NCBI GenBank assembly: GCA_049642725.1
Contig: JBARPC010000027.1
Location: 1,010-65,009 of the forward strand
Length of the DNA: 64,000 nucleotides
DNA from: Minisyncoccales bacterium
GTDB lineage: Bacteria > Patescibacteriota > Minisyncoccia > Minisyncoccales > JAGMDC01
Reading direction: 5' to 3'
Part shown: piece by piece, positions 55,232 to 63,565 of the stretch
Layout of the letters: the number at the start of each line of letters is the position of its first letter
Numbering within the stretch: position 1 is the first letter of the stretch
Notes under the pieces: model-generated
What the model was told of the DNA's origin: nothing
Database searches by the model: none
Seen by the model: only the letters and a program-made list of their open reading frames with translations
Translations under genes and position numbers: made by a program

Positions 55232-56131
55232 ATGGCAACTTTATATACTCAAGCCGAATCAAATACTCGGAAAACTTGGCTGTTAATGACAGGATTTTTC
55301 ATTTTTATCATAGCTGTTGGCTGGCTTTTCAGTTTTTTGCTTGATACCAGTATTATTTTAATAATTGCTGTTGCTTTAAGTATTTTAATGAGTTTTGGGT
55401 CATATTGGTATTCTGATAAGCTTGTTTTAAGAATGTGTCGCGCTAAGCCGATTGAAAAAAGAGATAATCCTGAACTTTTTCGCCTTGTAGAAAATCTTTG
55501 CATTACTGCCGGTCTTCCATTGCCTAAAATTTTTATAATTCAGGAATCCCAGTCAAATGCTTTTGCCACTGGCAGGAATGCTGAACATGCTGTTGTAGCA
55601 GTAACAACAGGACTTTTAGAAAAACTGGAAAGAACAGAATTAGAAGGCGTAATTGCTCACGAACTTTCCCATATTGGAAACAAGGACATGCTTTTGCAAA
55701 CAGTGATTGTTGTTTTGGTCGGTGTTGTGGCAATGCTTTCAAATATGTTTTTAAGAATTAGTTTTTTTGGCGGTAGTAGGCGCAACTCCCAAGGATCTAG
55801 CGGCGCTATCCTGTTAGTCATAGGAATTTTAGCAGCGATTTTAGCGCCTTTAGCAGCTTCTTTAATCCGGATGTCAATTTCCAGAAAAAGGGAATTTTTG
55901 GCTGATGCCAGCGGATCTTTGCTTACCCGTTATCCAGAAGGTTTGGCTCGAGCATTAGAAAAAATTTCTGCTGACTCAAGCCCAATGCGAACAGCTAATA
56001 ATTCTACAGCTCATCTTTTTATTTCAAATCCTTTTAAGGGAGAGCAAAGAAAAAGCTGGTTTACTAAATTATTTATGACCCATCCGCCAGTAGAGGAACG
56101 TATAGCTGCTCTCCGCGGAATGAAAATATAA
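55232..56131 (+). CDS. htpX: M48-family zinc metalloprotease HtpX
   Basis: HELSHI zinc motif, TM topology and the C-terminal THPPVEERIAAL. Confidence 0.9.
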   Translation: MATLYTQAESNTRKTWLLMTGFFIFIIAVGWLFSFLLDTSIILIIAVALSILMSFGSYWYSDKLVLRMCRAKPIEKRDNPELFRLVENLCITAGLPLPKIFIIQESQSNAFATGRNAEHAVVAVTTGLLEKLERTELEGVIAHELSHIGNKDMLLQTVIVVLVGVVAMLSNMFLRISFFGGSRRNSQGSSGAILLVIGILAAILAPLAASLIRMSISRKREFLADASGSLLTRYPEGLARALEKISADSSPMRTANNSTAHLFISNPFKGEQRKSWFTKLFMTHPPVEERIAALRGMKI

Positions 56132-56149
56132 ATTAAAGGTCGCATAATT

Positions 56150-56189
56150 GGAGGTTCAACCTCCAATGGAGGTTGAACCTCCTAAAATT
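56150..56189 (+). promoter_or_regulatory. Hairpin/mini-ORF module, copy 2 (duplicated hairpin, upstream of the bPH_2 gene)
   Basis: GGAGGTTCAACCTCC followed by ATGGAGGTTGAACCTCCTAAAATT. Confidence 0.7.
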
Positions 56190-56200
56190 AATAATTCTTT

Positions 56201-56701
56201 ATGGAAAAATTAAACCCTAATGTAGTTTGGATATTCTTTGTTCGCTTTTTGTTTGCAGGATTGTTTATTGCCATTATTTTCTTCTGGATGTGGGTTCCAA
56301 TAATATTAGCTGGAGGAATATTATCTGGTAAAGTTTTTCTTTTCCCAGCTGCTGTTTTTATATTCTATGTTCTTTTCTGCTATGGCTGGGCAAAACTGAC
56401 TTATCGCTTCTGGCTTTATGACATTACTGAAGACACCTTTAAAATGGAGCATGGGGTAATCTGGAAAAGATACGTTTCTATTCCTTATGAAAGAATCCAA
56501 AACATTGATATTCATAGAGGAGTAATGGCTCGAATTTTTGGCTTAAGCGATTTACGAGTTCAAACAGCTGGTTTTGGAGGCGCCCAGGGCAGATACGGCG
56601 CCTGGGCAGAAGGGAATCTGCCTGGCATTGAAAGAGAAAAAGCAGAACAGCTAAGGGAAGAATTGATTGCCAAGGTAAAAGGCAAAAAGCAAGGATTGTA
56701 A
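56201..56701 (+). CDS. Membrane protein with a bacterial PH (bPH_2/YdbS-like) domain
   Basis: Two N-terminal TM helices, then ...YERIQNIDIHRGVMARIFGLSDLRVQTAG. Confidence 0.75.
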   Translation: MEKLNPNVVWIFFVRFLFAGLFIAIIFFWMWVPIILAGGILSGKVFLFPAAVFIFYVLFCYGWAKLTYRFWLYDITEDTFKMEHGVIWKRYVSIPYERIQNIDIHRGVMARIFGLSDLRVQTAGFGGAQGRYGAWAEGNLPGIEREKAEQLREELIAKVKGKKQGL

Positions 56702-56726
56702 ATAAAAAGGAGCTAAGCTCCTTTAA

Positions 56727-56813
56727 GGAGGGGTGTCCGAGTGGTTTAAGGAGCGTGTTTGGAGAACACGTGGGCTTTTGCCCTCCAGGGTTCGAATCCC
56801 TGCCCCTCCGCCA
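56727..56813 (+). tRNA. tRNA-Ser (anticodon GGA), CCA encoded
   Basis: Acceptor GGAGGGG/CCCCTCC, anticodon arm CGTGT-TTGGAGA-ACACG, long variable arm, T-arm CAGGG-TTCGAAT-CCCTG, 3' GCCA. Confidence 0.85.
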
Positions 56814-56984
56814 ATTAGAACACTTTGATAATTGCGGCGCCTTCAGCGCCGTTTTGTTATGTCTCGGCGATTTTTAGAAAAGAATATAAAAGAGTTGCGC
56901 TTGACCCGTTCGACCCATTCGCGCGCAACAGATAGGAAATCTCTCTATTGTAAATAAAAAAACACCAAAATACATTTCAAAATT

Positions 56985-58208
56985 TTACCCAAACATCAAC
57001 CATTCTGGTCTAAATATTATCAGAAGGCCGATAATTAACATAATAATTCCGCCAACCAAATGAGAAATATGACTGTATTTAGTAGTTATTCCAGTCATTT
57101 GCAAAGTTGTCATTGCCACAAAAAAGACAAACAAGTCATCAAGCATAAAAATAAAAATGTAGAGCAATAGATAAGCGTAATATTGCCACTTTGCCAGCGG
57201 AGTTAGGGTAAGAATTTGAGTATAGATCGCCGGCAAACCAGCGGAACAAATTAACTCCACTAAATTAACCGCGAAAGCCAAAATAACGATTCCTCCCAAA
57301 GCTATCCAGAATTGTTTTTTCTGAGTTATGGCTTTTAATTTTTCAAAAATTCTTTGTTTTTTCCCATTGCCAGTTATTTTGCATGTTCCTGCCTTATTGG
57401 TGAAATATTCTTTTAGATTATATCCTCCGGCCACCAAGGCAACTAAACCAATGATAATTCTAACCCACAAAACAAATCCCAAAAATAAAAATAAATTGAG
57501 CCAAGCCGACATAAAGAGAAAATAAACAAAAGCCGAAGAGACAATAAAAGCAGTTCCCAAAACCCACATCCTTTTTTTGTCTTTCATCCCCAAAAGCAGT
57601 GTGATTAAAAACAATAGCACCCACATTGCGCAGGGGTTAAAGCCGTCTAACCCTGCAATCAGTATGGTTAAGAGTGGCAAGGAAAACTTTTTGGTTTCTA
57701 TTTCCCCCAAAATCGGCAGTTTTATTTTTTCGGGCATAACTCTTTTTTCTTGCGGTTTTGGGTTGGGAGTTATGGGCGTAATTAAACTGCCGACTACATC
57801 GGGGCAACTATTTTGCAAAACACACTGCACTGCTTGCTCTATGGCAGCTCCAGTGGTTTGTTCGTCATACCAGCCCACAAAATATTGCCTGCCCACCACT
57901 GTAAAAGGCACGCCAGAGACATCAGCGCTTAATTCTTTCCCGATTTTTTTCAACAAATCAACATTCTCTTTATCGCCAGTAACTTCAAAGCTATGCACTT
58001 TTAAATTGCTGTATTTTTGCTCCAATTTTTCCAAGAACGGTTTTTCATGATTGCAATGCGGACAACCGTGAGCCCAGAAAAAATAAATATTAACCTCTTC
58101 ATCAGTCAAAGATGGGCTATTTTGGGCTAAAGCGGGAATCGCCGAGAATACCAATATAACGGCCATTGAAAATAAAAATAATTTGGATGTGGATGTTTTG
58201 TTAAACAT
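56985..58208 (-). CDS. Thioredoxin-fold (CPHC) periplasmic domain fused to a multi-pass membrane domain (DsbD/CcdA-like)
   Basis: Signal sequence, FFWAHGCPHCNHEKPFL thioredoxin-like motif, and a membrane part with GFNPCAMW. Confidence 0.65.
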   Translation of the reverse strand: MFNKTSTSKLFLFSMAVILVFSAIPALAQNSPSLTDEEVNIYFFWAHGCPHCNHEKPFLEKLEQKYSNLKVHSFEVTGDKENVDLLKKIGKELSADVSGVPFTVVGRQYFVGWYDEQTTGAAIEQAVQCVLQNSCPDVVGSLITPITPNPKPQEKRVMPEKIKLPILGEIETKKFSLPLLTILIAGLDGFNPCAMWVLLFLITLLLGMKDKKRMWVLGTAFIVSSAFVYFLFMSAWLNLFLFLGFVLWVRIIIGLVALVAGGYNLKEYFTNKAGTCKITGNGKKQRIFEKLKAITQKKQFWIALGGIVILAFAVNLVELICSAGLPAIYTQILTLTPLAKWQYYAYLLLYIFIFMLDDLFVFFVAMTTLQMTGITTKYSHISHLVGGIIMLIIGLLIIFRPEWLMFG

Positions 58209-58254
58209 AAAATTTGTTTGTTAATTTATAAGTTTATTTTTCTAAACGGCATAA

Positions 58255-58974
58255 TTACAAATTGATCAAATATTTCACGAGGTGTTGCAGATAATAAAGT
58301 CCGGCGATTAAGAATACTGAAGCGACCGTATATCTCATCACCTTTTCAACTTTTTGCGCAATCTGAAAAGCTCGGCTAACTTTTTGCATTGAAAAAGCGA
58401 TTAAAAATGAAAAAATAATTACAGGCAGTCCTGTTCCAAGAGCGAATAGAGGCGGAAGCAGCAGGCTTTCGGGCGACTTTAAAACAAGCGGAATTAAAAC
58501 GCCAAAAAATAATACCCCGCTGTAAGGGCAAAAAGCTAAAGCGAACAGAACGCCTAAAAGCAAAGAGCCGATATATCCCTTATTGGAAAGCCATTCTTTC
58601 AGCTTTTCAATTTTTTCATTTTTGGTTCCAAAATTGATTTTTATAACCCCGAACATTATCAAGCCGATCACAATCAAAACAGGACCCAAAATTTTTTCTC
58701 CCCAGCCCTGAAAAATACTGGAAATCTGAAATGAAGACAATCCAAAATAGATTAGGGTTGCCAAAAGCGTATAGCTGATACCGCGGCCTAAAGTATAAAA
58801 CAAGCCATTAAGTAAAGTGTTTTTAACGGTTTTAATCTCTCTGGAAATATAAGCGATTGCTGTAATATTTGTAGCCAAAGGACAGGGGCTGATTGATGTT
58901 AAAACCCCAAGCAAAAAAGCGGTTAAAAGTGGAATATTGTAATTATCTATCAATGCGCTAATAAAATCCATCAT
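58255..58974 (-). CDS. CcdA/DsbD_2-like thiol:disulfide electron-transfer membrane protein
   Basis: Six TM helices with SISPCPL and AFCPYSG cysteine motifs. Confidence 0.65.
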   Translation of the reverse strand: MMDFISALIDNYNIPLLTAFLLGVLTSISPCPLATNITAIAYISREIKTVKNTLLNGLFYTLGRGISYTLLATLIYFGLSSFQISSIFQGWGEKILGPVLIVIGLIMFGVIKINFGTKNEKIEKLKEWLSNKGYIGSLLLGVLFALAFCPYSGVLFFGVLIPLVLKSPESLLLPPLFALGTGLPVIIFSFLIAFSMQKVSRAFQIAQKVEKVMRYTVASVFLIAGLYYLQHLVKYLINL

Positions 58975-58976
58975 AA

Positions 58977-59456
58977 TTATTTGCCTAAAAGATTTTTAAG
59001 TTTGTTTTCAAAATAATCAATAAATTGCGTTTCATTGGTAATCAGCCGCCAGACCTTTATGTCCTCCTCAATACTATCTTGGCCATCTGTAATAGTATTG
59101 ATAAAAAGTGACGAACCGCGGGCTTGATATTTCATTACAATGTCTTTGTTTTCTGGCAGTTCGCCATTAATGTCTCTGAAAACAATTGTGCCGTTTTTGT
59201 ATTCTTCAGGAAATTTCTCTTTGATTGTTTTTAAGGCGTATTCACCGACCGTAATGCACGACCAGCACTGATGCGTAGCGTGAAAATGCATTATCTCTAT
59301 CTTGTCAGCGGAGTTTTTAATATTTGTCGTTTGAGTTTCGTTCGCGGTTTCGCCAGCGCTATTTGTATTGATTTGTTGGTCATTATTTTCCTCCATTACC
59401 ACAATAACCCCAAAAAGGGCTAAAGCGATAATCCCGATAATAATTTTTTTGTTCAT
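58977..59456 (-). CDS. Membrane-anchored CxxC protein (thioredoxin-like?)
   Basis: N-terminal TM helix and the HFHATHQCWSCITVGEY motif. 2-nt gap to the CcdA-like gene. Confidence 0.5.
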   Translation of the reverse strand: MNKKIIIGIIALALFGVIVVMEENNDQQINTNSAGETANETQTTNIKNSADKIEIMHFHATHQCWSCITVGEYALKTIKEKFPEEYKNGTIVFRDINGELPENKDIVMKYQARGSSLFINTITDGQDSIEEDIKVWRLITNETQFIDYFENKLKNLLGK

Positions 59457-59487
59457 GAATTTTTAAAAGTTATTTAATAAATATTGA

Positions 59488-60600
59488 TTAGACTAAACTG
59501 CCGAAAATCAGACCGGCAATGGTTGAATAAAAAATAACTAATAAAACATAGACGGCTGTTTTTTTATTGCCTAAAATTTTTCTAATAACTAGCATATTCG
59601 GCAAACTTAAAGATGGACCGGCCAATAGAAGAGCCAACGCCGGGCCTTGCGACATGCCCTTTGCGATAAGCGTTTGCAGAATCGGAATCTCTGTCAATGT
59701 AGAAAAATACATAAAAGCGCCGAAAATAGAAGCAACTAAGTTGCCGGTAATTGAGTTTGATCCAACCATTCTCTCAATTAGTTCTTGCGGTAAATATGGC
59801 ATAACAAAGCCAGCCGCAAATACGCCGATAAATAAAATCGGCAAAAGCATTTTAGTAAAATCCCAAGTTTCTTTCAGCCATTCTTTTCTGGCTTCTTTTT
59901 GAAATTTAAAGATAGCTATGCCGGCAACAATTAAAACCAATAAAGCCATTAAAGAATATTTTATTATTTTATCAATTTGCAAGCCATTAACCACTAAAAC
60001 ACCAATCATCGCGATAAAGAAAATAATTAACACCTTTTTACTAACATCAATATCTTTGCTTTTTTCAATAAACAAATCGCCTTTTTCTATTTTTTCTTTA
60101 AAGATAGCCTGCATTGATAAACCAACAAGAATAGCAAGCAGGATTGCAAAAATTATTCTTGCCAGTCCGATTTCATATCCAAGAACAGATATTGTTAAAA
60201 ATATGGCGGCAATGTTTATTGCCGGGCCCGCAAAAAGAAAAGTGGTTGCCGGACCAAGACCAGCGCCCCTTTTCCTAATGCCAGCGAATAGCGGTAAAAT
60301 AGTGCAGGAGCAAACAGCCAAAATCCCGCCGGATACAGAAGCCAAAGAATAAGCAATGTATTTTTTAGCTTGTCCGCCAAGATAGCGCAAAATAAAATCT
60401 TTCTTAATAAAGACAGAAATTGCGCCAGCGATAAAAAAAGCTGGAATTAAGCAAGTCAAAACATGCTCCCGCGCGTATTCATTAAGCAATTTAAAACCCG
60501 AAAGAATCGCGCCTGTAAACAGAGACGATTCCATCGGCATAAAGTAGAAAAAGAGCAACAAGCCAGTAAGCAAAATAAAGATGTTAAGTTCTTTTTTCAT
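59488..60600 (-). CDS. ArsP_1/YraQ-family permease (Cys-x-Cys motif)
   Basis: About 9 TM helices, GGILAVCSCTILPLFAGI motif and an internal repeat architecture typical of the DUF318/ArsP_1 family. Confidence 0.65.
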   Translation of the reverse strand: MKKELNIFILLTGLLLFFYFMPMESSLFTGAILSGFKLLNEYAREHVLTCLIPAFFIAGAISVFIKKDFILRYLGGQAKKYIAYSLASVSGGILAVCSCTILPLFAGIRKRGAGLGPATTFLFAGPAINIAAIFLTISVLGYEIGLARIIFAILLAILVGLSMQAIFKEKIEKGDLFIEKSKDIDVSKKVLIIFFIAMIGVLVVNGLQIDKIIKYSLMALLVLIVAGIAIFKFQKEARKEWLKETWDFTKMLLPILFIGVFAAGFVMPYLPQELIERMVGSNSITGNLVASIFGAFMYFSTLTEIPILQTLIAKGMSQGPALALLLAGPSLSLPNMLVIRKILGNKKTAVYVLLVIFYSTIAGLIFGSLV

Positions 60601-60613
60601 AGAATGTCAATTT

Positions 60614-60847
60614 TTATTTAAGCCAAGATTTTATTTCTTCAACATCAGGAATTCTGCCCGCGGCTTTTACTTTATTATCAAGCACAATAGCCGGCGCGGA
60701 CATAACTCCATATTCAATAATTTTATCAATATCAAAAATATGCTCAATTTTAATATCTTTCAAGCCAAGATCTTCCACAGCTTGCTTGGCGTTAGCTTCT
60801 AATTTTTGGCAATTAGGGCAGCCAGAACCCAAAATTTTAATTTTCAT
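60614..60847 (-). CDS. Small thioredoxin-like protein (redox-active disulfide protein 2 / Thioredoxin_3)
   Basis: MKIKILGSGCPNCQKL... 77 aa. 4-nt overlap with arsR. Confidence 0.8.
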   Translation of the reverse strand: MKIKILGSGCPNCQKLEANAKQAVEDLGLKDIKIEHIFDIDKIIEYGVMSAPAIVLDNKVKAAGRIPDVEEIKSWLK

Positions 60848-61149
60848 AAATTTAAAAATTTATTTAATAATTTTGTATAATTTTTTATAGATTGCCGATT
60901 TAATTTATAAAAAACATTTAATCCGTCCTTTCTTGACGAAATCAAATTAAAATCTTTTAAAACTTTTAAATGATGAGAAACAAGATTTTGCGGAAGCTCT
61001 AAATATTGCCATATTTCGCAAACGCATTTTTCATTTTCTCGCAGAATGCAAAGAATTTTCAAGCGATTTTCTTCAGATATTGTTTTTAGAAATTCCGTTG
61101 ATTGTTTTATATTTTTTTCTGATTTGTTTTTACAGCAATTTGGTTTCAT
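60844..61149 (-). CDS. arsR: ArsR/SmtB-family metal(loid)-responsive transcriptional repressor
   Basis: HTH region RLKILCILRENEKCVCEIWQYLELPQNLVSHHLKVLKDFNLI with a CVC metal-binding motif. Confidence 0.85.
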   Translation of the reverse strand: MKPNCCKNKSEKNIKQSTEFLKTISEENRLKILCILRENEKCVCEIWQYLELPQNLVSHHLKVLKDFNLISSRKDGLNVFYKLNRQSIKNYTKLLNKFLNL

Positions 61150-61311
61150 AAATTTTAAACTTCATCAATCTATATTGATATTATAGGCGAAATAAAAATT
61201 AGTGTCAAATTTAATTTTGAGCAAATACATTCGTGTTCCTTAACAAAATAATTTTAATATGATAAACTATACATACTAAACCTGCCTGTTGTTTTATTCA
61301 GTATAAAATTT

Positions 61312-61399
61312 GGAGGGTTTGCTGAGTGGTTTAAAGCGCTAGTTTTGAAAACTAGTGGGATTATATCCCTCGTAGGTTCGAATCCTACACCCTCCGCCA
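61312..61399 (+). tRNA. tRNA-Ser (anticodon TGA), CCA encoded
   Basis: Acceptor GGAGGGT/ACCCTCC, anticodon arm CTAGT-TTTGAAA-ACTAG, long variable arm, T-arm GTAGG-TTCGAAT-CCTAC, 3' GCCA. Confidence 0.85.
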
Positions 61400-61412
61400 T
61401 CGCCTCGCCGAA

Positions 61413-61440
61413 GTTCCGCCATTTCGCGAAATGGCGGAAC
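61413..61440. repeat. 28-bp perfect GC-rich palindrome in the tRNA-Ser 3' flank
   Basis: GTTCCGCCATTTCGCGAAATGGCGGAAC, flanked by GCCGAA / GAAGGC. Confidence 0.85.
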
Positions 61441-61510
61441 GAAGGCGGGTTTTGCCAGAATTCGGCTCGGCTACGGCGAGATAAATCCGCTCATAAAAAA
61501 TAATTTAGTT

Positions 61511-61747
61511 ATGTATTACGTTTATATCCTTCAATGTAAAGATCAAAGAACATATTTAGGTTGTACAAATGGTCTAAAAGAAAGATTAGAAAGACATCAA
61601 AAAGGATTTATTCCAGCAACAAAACAAAGATTACCAGTATCTTTAATTTGTTATTTTGCTTTTCATAATAAAAATACAGCATTTCAATTTGAAAAATATT
61701 TAAAAACTGGTTCAGGTAGAGCTTTTATTAATAAACATTTTTTGTAA
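61511..61747 (+). CDS. GIY-YIG nuclease-family protein (UPF0213-like, 78 aa)
   Basis: YYVYILQC...YLGCTNGLKERLERH matches the GIY-YIG core. Confidence 0.75.
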   Translation: MYYVYILQCKDQRTYLGCTNGLKERLERHQKGFIPATKQRLPVSLICYFAFHNKNTAFQFEKYLKTGSGRAFINKHFL

Positions 61748-61752
61748 AATTT

Positions 61753-61839
61753 GGTAGGTTGCGCCGAATTGGCTAAGGCACCAGTTTTGAAAACTGGCGG
61801 GTATTTATACCCTTGCAGGTTCGAGTTCTGCACCTACCG
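61753..61839 (+). tRNA. Second tRNA-Ser (anticodon TGA)-like gene, atypical (G53:U61 pair, no CCA)
   Basis: Acceptor GGTAGGT/ACCTACC, anticodon arm CCAGT-TTTGAAA-ACTGG, long variable arm, T-arm GCAGG-TTCGAGT-TCTGC. Confidence 0.65.
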
Positions 61840-61935
61840 CCTTCGCCTCGCCGAAGTCTGGTGACAACATGAATAACTTGTAAATTAAAAAAGCCCATAG
61901 AGGGGCAATTTTTATTTGAGACTTTAGAAGTAATA

Positions 61936-62334
61936 TTATTTAATTCTATCAAAATTCAAACTTTCTGTGTATTGTATATAGCTCTCGGCTATATATCGTT
62001 CTTCAATTAGTTTTACTTGTAAAAAACTATTATCATAATGTTTATCTTTATGACCCCCAGCATAGATTATTTTAATTAGGTCAAAATTTTCTTTTACATA
62101 TATAATTCTTGCACCTTTCCTTTTGCTTACATTTTCTTTTGGTAAATTTATTCCTGCGTGGAAAGTTTTGTTTTGCAAAGAAGATGATTTGATATGATGA
62201 ACCAATCTTTCTCCTGGCATTTTTCCATCTTGTATCAATAAACGACAAACTCTTGGCATTTCTTCGCCAAGAGTTTTGTACCAGTTTTTTTGAATATCAT
62301 CTAAAACTTTTGAATGTACTAAAATTTTAGTCAT
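61936..62334 (-). CDS. Candidate toxin partnered with the Panacea-domain antitoxin (RelE/ParE-like C-terminal pattern)
   Basis: 8-nt overlap with the upstream DUF4065 gene. The RKGARIIYVKENFDLIKIIYAG segment resembles RelE/HigB-type toxins. Weak. Confidence 0.45.
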   Translation of the reverse strand: MTKILVHSKVLDDIQKNWYKTLGEEMPRVCRLLIQDGKMPGERLVHHIKSSSLQNKTFHAGINLPKENVSKRKGARIIYVKENFDLIKIIYAGGHKDKHYDNSFLQVKLIEERYIAESYIQYTESLNFDRIK

Positions 62335-62818
62335 TTAAATCCATTTCTCCAAAGCTATTTCGGTAAAAAGCAAGATGATAAGGTATTTTTTCACCATACT
62401 TAACCATTTTATAAGGGGCTTCAGATTGGGCCAATCTTTCTAATGTGCCGGCATTTTCGAGGCGGTATTTTTCGACTATTTGTTGTATAATTTCTGTCTC
62501 TTTTTCGTCAAATACTTTCATATTGGGTTCATCTTTGGGTAGAATTTTTTCGAGTTTATATGAGTTTGGTTTTTTTATTTCAATAATTTTATTCTTTTTT
62601 AACTGATCCATAGCAGGGTAAAAGACTTTTGGGTTGGGCATTGGACCGAAGTCCATTTTAACGTAATCAATTCCAGTTACGGATTTTTTTCTAAGTTCGT
62701 AAAGCGTAAAATCAATAAAATACAAAAGCTTGGCAAGCTTCTTTTTACCAACGTCTGATCCTCCGTATTTTGCGATATATAAAACAGTATTCTTAAGTTT
62801 TTCTTTGTTATATCTCAT
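62327..62818 (-). CDS. Panacea (DUF4065/SocA-like) domain antitoxin
   Basis: KLAKLLYFIDFTLYE...GIDYVKMDFGPMP pattern typical of DUF4065. Confidence 0.7.
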   Translation of the reverse strand: MRYNKEKLKNTVLYIAKYGGSDVGKKKLAKLLYFIDFTLYELRKKSVTGIDYVKMDFGPMPNPKVFYPAMDQLKKNKIIEIKKPNSYKLEKILPKDEPNMKVFDEKETEIIQQIVEKYRLENAGTLERLAQSEAPYKMVKYGEKIPYHLAFYRNSFGEMDLND

Positions 62819-62998
62819 ACTTATTTTATTGTACTATATGTTTAGTATAACATCAAATTTTGTTGTCAAGTAGTGGATAATTTTTAGATAGTAGAATATC
62901 GGTAAATTTAATTATTTTTCTATGTTTTTTCTATTGATAAAAAGCAAAAATAGTGCTAAAATTGTACGAAAGAAATAGTAAAGAAAGTTCGAATTTCA

Positions 62999-63520
62999 TT
63001 GAAAAAGTATCATATGGAAATCAAAAATAGAGAGCTTCATAGAATAACTTCTACTGCGATTATTCACAAAGATGGCAAATATTTAATTGTTCGTAGATCC
63101 TTAAATAAAAAAGCATTTTCAGGAAAATGGACTGTGCCAGGCGGCGGTTTAGAGGTAGATGATTATATTAATTTGCCGAAAACAACCAATGACCATTGGT
63201 ATTTTGCCATTGAAAAATCATTAAAACGGGAAATAAAAGAAGAAGTCAATTTAGAGGTAGCCAGATTAAAATATTTGCTGGATATTGCTTTCATAATTCC
63301 AGACGGTACGCCAGCCATTATTTTAAGTTTTTATTGCGATTATAAATCAGGCGAAGTGAAATTAAACGAAGAAAATATTGATTATAAATGGCTGACCTAT
63401 GAAGAAGCGAAAAACTATGATTTAATAGAAGGGATTTTAGAAGAAATGGAAATGGTAGATAAAATTTTAAAAGGCGCAAATCCTGATGAATTACAATATC
63501 ATTATAGAAACAACAATTAA
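62999..63520 (+). CDS. NUDIX hydrolase
   Basis: Nudix box elements GGGLE ... KREIKEEVNL. The track start is TTG, so the ATG at 63014 is an alternative. Confidence 0.8.
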   Translation: MKKYHMEIKNRELHRITSTAIIHKDGKYLIVRRSLNKKAFSGKWTVPGGGLEVDDYINLPKTTNDHWYFAIEKSLKREIKEEVNLEVARLKYLLDIAFIIPDGTPAIILSFYCDYKSGEVKLNEENIDYKWLTYEEAKNYDLIEGILEEMEMVDKILKGANPDELQYHYRNNN

Positions 63521-63565
63521 CTGCGGTGTTATCTTCTTTAATAGAAGATATAACTGCTAAGATTT

